Positions 25,900 through 40,099 of a stretch of DNA of 64,000 nt are shown here, piece by piece (positions within the stretch are counted from its first letter, which is position 1; the number at the start of each line of letters is the position of its first letter). The DNA comes from Auanema rhodensis. Its lineage: Eukaryota > Animalia > Nematoda. The DNA lies in contig OZ059894.1 of assembly GCA_964057225.1 (NCBI GenBank), positions 24,118,001 through 24,182,000 of the forward strand, written 5' to 3'. The position numbers and the translations under genes were made by a program. Under the pieces are notes generated by a model. That model made no database searches. It was not told the DNA's origin and was given only the letters and a program-made list of their open reading frames with translations.

Positions 25900-28800
25900 T
25901 GAAAGATAAAGAGATGCGGTTTTCAAAATTAGATTCCCCATGTCCATATTAGTCTAAAAACAAATTTTTATTGATATTGGTTCATGGTAACCATGACTTT
26001 GAAATTCACGTGAACTTCAATTTATGCTAATTAAATGTACACGTGATGTGCACTTGGTATGTAACTCGCTTCACGTGAAAGATAAAGAGATGCGGTTTTC
26101 AAAATTAGATTCCCCATGTCCATATTAGTCTAAAAACAAATTTTTATTGATATTGGTTCATGGTAACCATGACTTTGAAATTTACGTGAACTTCAATTTA
26201 TGCTAATTAAATGTACACGTGATGTGCACTTGGTATGTAACTCGCTTCACGTGAAAGATAAAGAGATGCGGTTTTCAAAATTAGATTCCCCATGTCCATA
26301 TTAGTCTAAAAACAAATTTTTATTGATATTGGTTCATGGTAACCATGACTTTGAACTTTACGTGAACTTCAATTTATGCTAATTAAATGTACACGTGATG
26401 TGCACTTGGTATGTAACTCGCTTCACGTGAAAGATGAAGAGATGCGGTTTTCAAAATTAGATTCCCTATGTCCATATTAGTCTAAAAACAAATTTTTATT
26501 GATATTGGTTCATGGTAACCATGACTTTGAAATTTACGTGAACTTTAATTTATGCTAATTAAATGTACACGTGATGTGCACTTGGTATGTAACTCGCTTC
26601 ACGTGAAAGATAAAGAGATGCGGTTTTCAAAATTAGATTCCCCATGTCCATATTAGTCTAAAAACAAATTTTTATTGATATTGGTTCATGGTAACCATGA
26701 CTTTGAAATTTACGTGAACTTTAATTTATGCTAATTAAATGTACACGTGATGTGCACTTGGTATGTAACTCGCTTCACGTGAAAGATAAAGAGATGCGGT
26801 TTTCAAAATTAGATTCCCCATGTCCATATTAGTCTAAAAACAAATTTTTATTGATATTGGTTCATGGTAACCATGACTTTGAAATTTACGTGAACTTTAA
26901 TTTATGCTAATTAAATGTACACGTGATGTGCACTTGGTATGTAACTCGTTTCACGTGAAAGATAAAGAGATGCGGTTTTCAAAATTAGATTCCCCATGTC
27001 CATATTAGTCTAAAAACAAATTTTTATTGATATTGGTGCATGGTAACCATGACTTTGAAATTTACGTGAACTTTAATTTATGCTAATTAAATGTACACGT
27101 GATGTGCCCTTGGTATGTAACTCGCTTCACGTGAAAGATAAAGAGATGCGGTTTTCAAAATTAGATTCCCCATGTCCATATTAGTCTAAAAACAAATTTT
27201 TATTGATATTGGTTCATGGTAACCATGACTTTGAAATTTACGTGAACTTTAATTTATGCTAATTAAATGTACACGTGATGTGCTCTTGGTATGTAACTCG
27301 CTTCACGTGAAAGATAAAGAGATGCGGTTTTCAAAATTAGATTCCCCATGTCCATATTAGTCTAAAAACAAATTTTTATTGATATTGGTTCATGGTAACC
27401 ATGACTTTGAAATTTACGTGAACTTCAATTTATGCTAATTAAATGTACACGTGATGTGCACTTGGTATGTAACTCGCTTCACGTGAAAGATGAAGAGATG
27501 CGGTTTTCAAAATTAGATTCCCTATGTCCATATTAGTCTAAAAACAAATTTTTATTGATATTGGTGCATGGTAACCATGACTTTGAAATTTACGTGAACT
27601 TTAATTTATGCTAATTAAATGTACACGTGATGTGCACTTGGTATGTAACTCGCTTCACGTGAAAGATAAAAAGATGCGGTTTTCAAAATTAAATTTCCCA
27701 TGTCCATATTAGTCTAAAAAAAAATTTTTATTGATATTGGTGCATGGTAACCATGACTTTGAAATTTACGTGAACTTTAATTTATGCTAATTAAATGTAC
27801 ACGTGATGTGCACTTGGTATGTAACTCGCTTCACGTGAAAGATAAAGAGATGCGGTTTTCAAATATAGATTCCCCATGTCCATATTAGTCTAAAAACAAA
27901 TTTTTATTGATATTGGTTCATGGTAACCATGACTTTGAAATTTACGTGAACTTTAATTTATGCTAATTAAATGTACACGTGATGGGCACTTGGTATGTAA
28001 CTCGCTTCACGTGAAAGATAAAGAGATGAGGTTTTCAAAATTAGATTCCCCATGTCCATATTAGTCTAAAAACAAATTTTTATTGATATTGGTGCATGGT
28101 AACCATGACTTTGAAATTTACGTGAACTTCAATTTATGCTAATTAAATGTACACGTGATGTGCACTTGGTATGTAACTCGCTTCACGTGAAAGATGAAGA
28201 GATGCGGTTTTCAAAATTAGATTCCCTATGTCCATATTAGTCTAAAAACAAATTTTTATTGATATTGGTTCATGGTAACCATGACTTTGAAATTCACGTG
28301 AACTTTAATTTATGCTAATTAAATGTACACGTGATGTGCACTTGGTATGTAACTCGCTTCACGTGAAAGATAAAGAGATGCGGTTTTCAAAATTAGATTC
28401 CCCATGTCCATATTAGTCTAAAAACAAATTTCTATTGATATTGGTGCATGGTAACCATGACTTTGAAATTTACGTGAACTTTAATTTATGCTAATTAAAT
28501 GTACACGTGATGTGCACTTGGTATGTAACTCGCTTCACGTGAAAGATAAAAAGATGCGGTTTTCAAAATTAAATTTCCCATGTCCATATTAGTCTAAAAA
28601 AAAATTTTTATTGATATTGGTGCATGGTAACCATGACTTTGAAATTTACGTGAACTTTAATTTATGCTAATTAAATGTACACGTGATGTGCACTTGGTAT
28701 GTAACTCGCTTCACGTGAAAGATAAAGAGATGCGGTTTTCAAATATAGATTCCCCATGTCCATATTAGTCTAAAAACAAATTTTTATTGATATTGGTTCA

Positions 28801-31000
28801 TGGTAACCATGACTTTGAAATTTACGTGAACTTTAATTTATGCTAATTAAATGTACACGTGATGGGCACTTGGTATGTAACTCGCTTCACGTGAAAGATA
28901 AAGAGATGCGGTTTTCAAAATTAGATTCCCCATGTCCATATTAGTCTAAAAACAAATTTTTATTGATATTGGTGCATGGTAACCATGACTTTGAAATTTA
29001 CGTGAACTTTAATTTATGCTAATTAAATGTACACGTGATGTGCACTTGGTATGTAACTCGCTTCACGTGAAAGATAAAGAGATGCGGTTTTCAAAATTAG
29101 ATTCCCCATGTCCATATTAGTCTAAAAACAAATTTTTATTGATATTGGTTCATGGTAACCATGACTTTGAAATTTACGTGAACTTTAATTTATGCTAATT
29201 AAATGTACACGTGATGTGCACTTGGTATGTAACTCGCTTCACGTGAAAGATAAAGAGATGCGGTTTTCAAAATTAGATTCCCCATGTCCATATTAGTCTA
29301 AAAACAAATTTTTATTGATATTGGTTCATGGTAACCATGACTTTGAAATTCACGTGAACTTCAATTTATGCTAATTAAATGTACACGTGATGTGCACTTG
29401 GTATGTAACTCGCTTCACGTGAAAGATAAAGAGATGCGGTTTTCAAAATTAGATTCCCCATGTCCATATTAGTCTAAAAACAAATTTTTATTGATATTGG
29501 TTCATGGTAACCATGACTTTGAAATTTACGTGAACTTCAATTTATGCTAATTAAATGTACACGTGATGTGCACTTGGTATGTAACTCGCTTCACGTGAAA
29601 GATAAAGAGATGCGGTTTTCAAAATTAGATTCCCCATGTCCATATTAGTCTAAAAACAAATTTTTATTGATATTGGTTCATGGTAACCATGACTTTGAAC
29701 TTTACGTGAACTTCAATTTATGCTAATTAAATGTACACGTGATGTGCACTTGGTATGTAACTCGCTTCACGTGAAAGATGAAGAGATGCGGTTTTCAAAA
29801 TTAGATTCCCTATGTCCATATTAGTCTAAAAACAAATTTTTATTGATATTGGTTCATGGTAACCATGACTTTGAAATTTACGTGAACTTTAATTTATGCT
29901 AATTAAATATACACGTGATGTGCACTTGGTATGTAACTCGCTTCACGTGAAAGATAAAGAGATGCGGTTTTCAAAATTAGATTCCCCATGTCCATATTAG
30001 TCTAAAAACAAATTTTTATTGATATTGGTTCATGGTAACCATGACTTTGAAATTTACGTGAACTTTAATTTATGCTAATTAAATGTACACGTGATGTGCA
30101 CTTGGTATGTAACTCGCTTCACGTGAAAGATAAAGAGATGCGGTTTTCAAAATTAGATTCCCCATGTCCATATTAGTCTAAAAACAAATTTTTATTGATA
30201 TTGGTTCATGGTAACCATGACTTTGAAATTTACGTGAACTTTAATTTATGCTAATTAAATGTACACGTGATGTGCACTTGGTATGTAACTCGTTTCACGT
30301 GAAAGATAAAGAGATGCGGTTTTCAAAATTAGATTCCCCATGTCCATATTAGTCTAAAAACAAATTTTTATTGATATTGGTGCATGGTAACCATGACTTT
30401 GAAATTTACGTGAACTTTAATTTATGCTAATTAAATGTACACGTGATGTGCCCTTGGTATGTAACTCGCTTCACGTGAAAGATAAAGAGATGCGGTTTTC
30501 AAAATTAGATTCCCCATGTCCATATTAGTCTAAAAACAAATTTTTATTGATATTGGTTCATGGTAACCATGACTTTGAAATTTACGTGAACTTTAATTTA
30601 TGCTAATTAAATGTACACGTGATGTGCTCTTGGTATGTAACTCGCTTCACGTGAAAGATAAAGAGATGCGGTTTTCAAAATTAGATTCCCCATGTCCATA
30701 TTAGTCTAAAAACAAATTTTTATTGATATTGGTTCATGGTAACCATGACTTTGAAATTTACGTGAACTTCAATTTATGCTAATTAAATGTACACGTGATG
30801 TGCACTTGGTATGTAACTCGCTTCACGTGAAAGATGAAGAGATGCGGTTTTCAAAATTAGATTCCCTATGTCCATATTAGTCTAAAAACAAATTTTTATT
30901 GATATTGGTTCATGGTAACCATGACTTTGAAATTTACGTGAACTTTAATTTATGCTAATTAAATGTACACGTGATGTGCACTTGGTATGTAACTCGCTTC
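25900..31000 (-). repeat. 19-monomer (3344 bp) offset duplication; the same block also occurs at ~16.2-18.3 kb (offset 54 monomers + 5 bp)
   Basis: Marker triplets 16498/26007/29351, 16847/26356/29700, 17440/26949/30293, 17775/27284/30628; offsets 9509 and 3344. Confidence 0.88.
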
Positions 31001-34000
31001 ACGTGAAAGATAAAGAGATGCGGTTTTCAAAATTAGATTCCCCATGTCCATATTAGTCTAAAAACAAATTTCTATTGATATTGGTGCATGGTAACCATGA
31101 CTTTGAAATTTACGTGAACTTTAATTTATGCTAATTAAATGTACACGTGATGTGCACTTGGTATGTAACTCGCTTCACGTGAAAGATAAAAAGATGCGGT
31201 TTTCAAAATTAAATTTCCCATGTCCATATTAGTCTAAAAAAAAATTTTTATTGATATTGGTGCATGGTAACCATGACTTTGAAATTTACGTGAACTTTAA
31301 TTTATGCTAATTAAATGTACACGTGATGTGCACTTGGTATGTAACTCGCTTCACGTGAAAGATAAAGAGATGCGGTTTTCAAATATAGATTCCCCATGTC
31401 CATATTAGTCTAAAAACAAATTTTTATTGATATTGGTTCATGGTAACCATGACTTTGAAATTTACGTGAACTTTAATTTATGCTAATTAAATGTACACGT
31501 GATGGGCACTTGGTATGTAACTCGCTTCACGTGAAAGATAAAGAGATGCGGTTTTCAAAATTAGATTCCCCATGTCCATATTAGTCTAAAAACAAATTTT
31601 TATTGATATTGGTGCATGGTAACCATGACTTTGAAATTTACGTGAACTTCAATTTATGCTAATTAAATGTACACGTGATGTGCACTTGGTATGTAACTCG
31701 CTTCACGTGAAAGATGAAGAGATGCGGTTTTCAAAATTAGATTCCCTATGTCCATATTAGTCTAAAAACAAATTTTTATTGATATTGGTTCATGGTAACC
31801 ATGACTTTGAAATTTACGTGAACTTTAATTTATGCTAATTAAATGTACACGTGATGTGCACTTGGTATGTAACTCGCTTCACGTGAAAGATAAAGAGATG
31901 CGGTTTTCAAAATTAGATTCCCCATGTCCATATTAGTCTAAAAACAAATTTCTATTGATATTGGTGCATGGTAACCATGACTTTGAAATTTACGTGAACT
32001 TTAATTTATGCTAATTAAATGTACACGTGATGTGCACTTGGTATGTAACTCGCTTCACGTGAAAGATAAAAAGATGCGGTTTTCAAAATTAAATTTCCCA
32101 TGTCCATATTAGTCTAAAAAAAAATTTTTATTGATATTGGTGCATGGTAACCATGACTTTGAAATTTACGTGAACTTTAATTTATGCTAATTAAATGTAC
32201 ACGTGATGTGCACTTGGTATGTAATTCGCTTCACGTGAAAGATAAAGAGATGCGGTTTTCAAAATTAGATTCCCCATGTCCATATTAGTCTAAAAACAAA
32301 TTTTTATTGATATTGGTTCATGGTAACCATGACTTTGAAATTTACGTGAACTTTAATTTATGCTAATTAAATGTACACGTGATGTGCACTTGGTATGTAA
32401 CTTGCTTCACGTGAAAGATGAAGAGATGCGGTTTTCAAAATTAGATTCCCCATGTCCATATTAGTCTAAAAACAAATTTTTATTGATATTGGTTCATGGT
32501 AACCATGACTTTGAAATTTACGTGAACTTTAATTTATGCTAATTAAATGTACACGTGATGTGCACTTGGTATGTAACTCGCTTCACGTGAAAGATGAAGA
32601 GATGCGGTTTTCAAAATTAGATTCCCCATGTCCATATTAGTCTAAAAACAAATTTTTATTGATATTGGTTCATGGTAACCATGACTTTGAAATTTACGTG
32701 AACTTTAATTTATGCTAATTAAATGTACACGTGATGTGCACTTGGTATGTAACTCGCTTCACGTGAAAGATGAAGAGATGCGGTTTTCAAAATTAGATTC
32801 CCTATGTCCATATTAGTCTAAAAACAAATTTTTATTGATATTGGTGCATGGTAACCATGACTTTGAAATTTACGTGAATTTTAATTTATGCTAATTAAAT
32901 GTACACGTGATGTGCACTTGGTATGTAACTCGCTTCACGTGAAAGATAAAGAGATGCGGTTTTCAAAATTAGATTCCTCATGTCCATATTAGTCTAAAAA
33001 CAAATTTCTATTGATATTGGTGCATGGTAACCATGACTTTGAAATTTACGTGAACTTTAATTTATGCTAATTAAATGTACACGTGATGTGCACTTGGTAT
33101 GTAACTCGCTTCACGTGAAAGATAAAAAGATGCGGTTTTCAAAATTAAATTTCCCATGTCCATATTAGTCTAAAAAAAAATTTTTATTGATATTGGTGCA
33201 TGGTAACCATGACTTTGAAATTTACGTGAACTTTAATTTATGCTAATTAAATGTACACGTGATGTGCACTTGGTATGTAATTCGCTTCACGTGAAAGATA
33301 AAGAGATGCGGTTTTCAAAATTAGATTCCCCATGTCCATATTAGTCTAAAAACAAATTTTTATTGATATTGGTGCATGGTAACCATGACTTTGAAATTTA
33401 CGTGAACTTTAATTTATGCTAATTAAATGTACACGTGATGTGCCCTTGGTATGTAACTCGCTTCACGTGAAAGATAAAGAGATGCGGTTTTCAAAATTAG
33501 ATTCCCCATGTCCATATTAGTCTAAAAACAAATTTCTATTGATATTGGTGCATGGTAACCATGACTTTGAAATTTACGTGAACTTTAATTTATGCTAATT
33601 AAATGTACACGTGATGTGCACTTGGTATGTAACTCGCTTCACGTGAAAGATAAAAAGATGCGGTTTTCAAAATTAAATTTCCCATGTCCATATTAGTCTA
33701 AAAAAAAATTTTTATTGATATTGGTGCATGGTAACCATGACTTTGAAATTTACGTGAACTTTAATTTATGCTAATTAAATGTACACGTGATGTGCACTTG
33801 GTATGTAATTCGCTTCACGTGAAAGATAAAGAGATGCGGTTTTCAAAATTAGATTCCCCATGTCCATATTAGTCTAAAAACAAATTTTTATTGATATTGG
33901 TGCATGGTAACCATGACTTTGAAATTTACGTGAACTTTAATTTATGCTAATTAAATGTACACGTGATGTGCCCTTGGTATGTAACTCGCTTCACGTGAAA

Positions 34001-36893
34001 GATAAAGAGATGCGGTTTTCAAAATTAGATTCCCCATGTCCATATTAGTCTAAAAACAAATTTTTATTGATATTGGTTCATGGTAACCATGACTTTGAAA
34101 TTTACGTGAACTTTAATTTATGCTAATTAAATGTACACGTGATGTGCTCTTGGTATGTAACTCGCTTCACGTGAAAGATAAAGAGATGCGGTTTTCAAAA
34201 TTAGATTCCCCATGTCCATATTAGTCTAAAAACAAATTTTTATTGATATTGGTTCATGGTAACCATGACTTTGAAATTTACGTGAACTTCAATTTATGCT
34301 AATTAAATGTACACGTGATGTGCACTTGGTATGTAACTCGCTTCACGTGAAAGATGAAGAGATGCGGTTTTCAAAATTAGATTCCCTATGTCCATATTAG
34401 TCTAAAAACAAATTTTTATTGATATTGGTTCATGGTAACCATGACTTTGAAATTTACGTGAACTTTAATTTATGCTAATTAAATGTACACGTGATGTGCA
34501 CTTGGTATGTAACTCGCTTCACGTGAAAGATAAAGAGATGCGGTTTTCAAAATTAGATTCCCCATGTCCATATTAGTCTAAAAACAAATTTCTATTGATA
34601 TTGGTGCATGGTAACCATGACTTTGAAATTTACGTGAACTTTAATTTATGCTAATTAAATGTACACGTGATGTGCACTTGGTATGTAACTCGCTTCACGT
34701 GAAAGATAAAAAGATGCGGTTTTCAAAATTAAATTTCCCATGTCCATATTAGTCTAAAAAAAAATTTTTATTGATATTGGTGCATGGTAACCATGACTTT
34801 GAAATTTACGTGAACTTTAATTTATGCTAATTAAATGTACACGTGATGTGCACTTGGTATGTAACTCGCTTCACGTGAAAGATAAAGAGATGCGGTTTTC
34901 AAATATAGATTCCCCATGTCCATATTAGTCTAAAAACAAATTTTTATTGATATTGGTTCATGGTAACCATGACTTTGAAATTTACGTGAACTTTAATTTA
35001 TGCTAATTAAATGTACACGTGATGGGCACTTGGTATGTAACTCGCTTCACGTGAAAGATAAAGAGATGCGGTTTTCAAAATTAGATTCCCCATGTCCATA
35101 TTAGTCTAAAAACAAATTTTTATTGATATTGGTGCATGGTAACCATGACTTTGAAATTTACGTGAACTTCAATTTATGCTAATTAAATGTACACGTGATG
35201 TGCACTTGGTATGTAACTCGCTTCACGTGAAAGATGAAGAGATGCGGTTTTCAAAATTAGATTCCCTATGTCCATATTAGTCTAAAAACAAATTTTTATT
35301 GATATTGGTTCATGGTAACCATGACTTTGAAATTTACGTGAACTTTAATTTATGCTAATTAAATGTACACGTGATGTGCACTTGGTATGTAACTCGCTTC
35401 ACGTGAAAGATAAAGAGATGCGGTTTTCAAAATTAGATTCCCCATGTCCATATTAGTCTAAAAACAAATTTCTATTGATATTGGTGCATGGTAACCATGA
35501 CTTTGAAATTTACGTGAACTTTAATTTATGCTAATTAAATGTACACGTGATGTGCACTTGGTATGTAACTCGCTTCACGTGAAAGATAAAAAGATGCGGT
35601 TTTCAAAATTAAATTTCCCATGTCCATATTAGTCTAAAAAAAAATTTTTATTGATATTGGTGCATGGTAACCATGACTTTGAAATTTACGTGAACTTTAA
35701 TTTATGCTAATTAAATGTACACGTGATGTGCACTTGGTATGTAATTCGCTTCACGTGAAAGATAAAGAGATGCGGTTTTCAAAATTAGATTCCCCATGTC
35801 CATATTAGTCTAAAAACAAATTTTTATTGATATTGGTTCATGGTAACCATGACTTTGAAATTTACGTGAACTTTAATTTATGCTAATTAAATGTACACGT
35901 GATGTGCACTTGGTATGTAACTTGCTTCACGTGAAAGATGAAGAGATGCGGTTTTCAAAATTAGATTCCCCATGTCCATATTAGTCTAAAAACAAATTTT
36001 TATTGATATTGGTTCATGGTAACCATGACTTTGAAATTTACGTGAACTTTAATTTATGCTAATTAAATGTACACGTGATGTGCACTTGGTATGTAACTCG
36101 CTTCACGTGAAAGATGAAGAGATGCGGTTTTCAAAATTAGATTCCCCATGTCCATATTAGTCTAAAAACAAATTTTTATTGATATTGGTTCATGGTAACC
36201 ATGACTTTGAAATTTACGTGAACTTTAATTTATGCTAATTAAATGTACACGTGATGTGCACTTGGTATGTAACTCGCTTCACGTGAAAGATGAAGAGATG
36301 CGGTTTTCAAAATTAGATTCCCTATGTCCATATTAGTCTAAAAACAAATTTTTATTGATATTGGTGCATGGTAACCATGACTTTGAAATTTACGTGAATT
36401 TTAATTTATGCTAATTAAATGTACACGTGATGTGCACTTGGTATGTAACTCGCTTCACGTGAAAGATAAAGAGATGCGGTTTTCAAAATTAGATTCCTCA
36501 TGTCCATATTAGTCTAAAAACAAATTTCTATTGATATTGGTGCATGGTAACCATGACTTTGAAATTTACGTGAACTTTAATTTATGCTAATTAAATGTAC
36601 ACGTGATGTGCACTTGGTATGTAACTCGCTTCACGTGAAAGATAAAAAGATGCGGTTTTCAAAATTAAATTTCCCATGTCCATATTAGTCTAAAAAAAAA
36701 TTTTTATTGATATTGGTGCATGGTAACCATGACTTTGAAATTTACGTGAACTTTAATTTATGCTAATTAAATGTACACGTGATGTGCACTTGGTATGTAA
36801 TTCGCTTCACGTGAAAGATAAAGAGATGCGGTTTTCAAAATTAGATTCCCCATGTCCATATTAGTCTAAAAACAAATTTTTATTGATATTGGT
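30294..36893 (-). repeat. 20-monomer (3520 bp) offset duplication; ~3.08 kb copies match at all markers checked
   Basis: Markers 30628/34148, 31384/34904, 32403/35923, 32879/36399; offset 3520. First mismatches at 30293/33813 and 33374/36894. Confidence 0.88.
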
Positions 36894-39800
36894 TCATGGT
36901 AACCATGACTTTGAAATTTACGTGAACTTTAATTTATGCTAATTAAATGTACACGTGATGTGCACTTGGTATGTAACTCGCTTCACGTGAAAGATAAAGA
37001 GATGCGGTTTTCAAAATTAGATTCCCCATGTCCATATTAGTCTAAAAACAAATTTTTATTGATATTGGTTCATGGTAACCATGACTTTGAAATTTACGTG
37101 AACTTCAATTTATGCTAATTAAATGTACACGTGATGTGCACTTGGTATGTAACTCGCTTCACGTGAAAGATGAAGAGATGCGGTTTTCAAAATTAGATTC
37201 CCTATGTCCATATTAGTCTAAAAACAAATTTTTATTGATATTGGTTCATGGTAACCATGACTTTGAAATTTACGTGAACTTTAATTTATGCTAATTAAAT
37301 GTACACGTGATGTGCACTTGGTATGTAACTCGCTTCACGTGAAAGATAAAGAGATGCGGTTTTCAAAATTAGATTGCCCATGTCCATATTAGTCTAAAAA
37401 CAAATTTTTATTGATATTGGTGCATGGTAACCATGACTTTGAAATTTACGTGAACTTTAATTTATGCTAATTAAATGTACACGTGATGTGCCCTTGGTAT
37501 GTAACTCGCTTCACGTGAAAGATAAAGAGATGCGGTTTTCAAAATTAGATTCCCCATGTCCATATTAGTCTAAAAACAAATTTTTATTGATATTGGTGCA
37601 TGGTAACCATGACTTTGAAATTTACGTGAACTTTAATTTATGCTAATTAAATGTACACGTGATGTGCACTTGGTATGTAATTCGCTTCACGTGAAAGATA
37701 AAGAGATGCGGTTTTCAAATATAGATTCCCCATGTCCATATTAGTCTAAAAACAAATTTTTATTGATATTGGTTCATGGTAACCATGACTTTGAAATTTA
37801 CGTGAACTTTAATTTATGCTAATTAAATGTACACGTGATGTGCACTTGGTATGTAACTCGCTTCACGTGAAAGATAAAGAGATGCGGTTTTCAAAATTAG
37901 ATTCCCCATGTCCATATTAGTCTAAAAAAAAATTTTTATTGATATTGGTGCATGGTAACCATGACTTTGAAATTTACGTGAACTTTAATTTATGCTAATT
38001 AAATGTACACGTGATGTGCTCTTGGTATGTAACTCGCTTCACGTGAAAGATAAAGAGATGCGGTTTTCAAAATTAGATTCCCCATGTCTATATTAGTCTA
38101 AAAACAAATTTTTATTGATATTGGTTCATGGTAACCATGACTTTGAAATTTACGTGAACTTCAATTTATGCTAATTAAATGTACACGTGATGTGCACTTG
38201 GTATGTAACTCGCTTCACGTGAAAGATAAAGAGATGCGGTTTTCAAAATTAGATTCCCCATGTCCATATTAGTCTAAAAACAAATTTTTATTGATATTGG
38301 TTCATGGTAACCATGACTTTGAAATTTACGTGAACTTCAATTTATGCTAATTAAATGTACACGTGATGTGCACTTGGTATGTAATTCGCTTCACGTGAAA
38401 GATAAAGAGATGCGGTTTTCAAAATTAGATTCCCCATGTCCATATTAGTCTAAAAACAAATTTTTATTGATATTGGTTCATGGTAACCATGACTTTGAAA
38501 TTTACGTGAACTTTAATTTATGCTAATTAAATGTACACGTGATGTGCACTTGGTATGTAACTCGCTTCACGTGAAAGATAAAGAGATGCGGTTTTCAAAA
38601 TTAGATTCCCCATGTCCATATTAGTCTAAAAACAAATTTTTATTGATATTGGTTCATGGTAACCATGACTTTGAAATTTACGTGAACTTTAATTTATGCT
38701 AATTAAATGTACACGTGATGTGCACTTGGTATGTAACTCGCTTCACGTGAAAGATAAAGAGATGCGGTTTTCAAAATTAGATTCCCCATGTCCATATTAG
38801 TCTAAAAACAAATTTTTATTGATATTGGTTCATGGTAACCATGACTTTGAAATTTACGTGAACTTTAATTTATGCTAATTAAATGTACACGTGATGTGCA
38901 CTTGGTATGTAACTCGCTTCACGTGAAAGATAAAGAGATGCGGTTTTCAAAATTAGATTCCCCATGTCCATATTAGTCTAAAAACAAATTTTTATTGATA
39001 TTGGTGCATGGTAACCATGACTTTGAAATTTACGTGAACTTTAATTTATGCTAATTAAATGTACACGTGATGTGCACTTGGTATGTAACTCGCTTCACGT
39101 GAAAGATAAAGAGATGCGGTTTTCAAAATTAGATTCCCCATGTCCATATTTGTCTAAAAACAAATTTTTATTGATATTGGTTCATGGTAACCATGACTTT
39201 GAAATTTACGTGAACTTCAATTTATGCTAATTAAATGTACACGTGATGTGCACTTGGTATGTAACTCGCTTCACGTGAAAGATGAAGAGATGCGGTTTTC
39301 AAAATTAGATTCCCTATGTCCATATTAGTCTAAAAACAAATTTTTATTGATATTGGTTCATGGTAACCATGACTTTGAAATTTACGTGAACTTTAATTTA
39401 TGCTAATTAAATGTACACGTGATGTGCACTTGGTATGTAACTCGCTTCACGTGAAAGATAAAGAGATGCGGTTTTCAAAATTAGATTCCCCATGTCCATA
39501 TTAGTCTAAAAACAAATTTCTATTGATATTGGTGCATGGTAACCATGACTTTGAAATTTACGTGAACTTTAATTTATGCTAATTAAATGTACACGTGATG
39601 TGCACTTGGTATGTAACTCGCTTCACGTGAAAGATAAAAAGATGCGGTTTTCAAAATTAAATTTCCCATGTCCATATTAGTCTAAAAAAAAATTTTTATT
39701 GATATTGGTGCATGGTAACCATGACTTTGAAATTTACGTGAACTTTAATTTATGCTAATTAAATGTACACGTGATGTGCACTTGGTATGTAACTCGCTTC

Positions 39801-40099
39801 ACGTGAAAGATAAAGAGATGCGGTTTTCAAAATTAGATTCCCCATGTCCATATTAGTCTAAAAACAAATTTTTATTGATATTGGTTCATGGTAACCATGA
39901 CTTTGAAATTTACGTGAACTTTAATTTATGCTAATTAAATGTACACGTGATGTGCACTTGGTATGTAACTCGCTTCACGTGAAAGATGAAGAGATGCGGT
40001 TTCCAAAATTAGATTCCCCATGTCCATATTAGTCTAAAAACAAATTTTTATTGATATTGGTGCATGGTAACCATGACTTTGAAATTTACGTGAACTTTA

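Noticed and set aside
39048-39230. Second 60-aa ORF
   Set aside because: Same artefact, from the A>T change at 39151.
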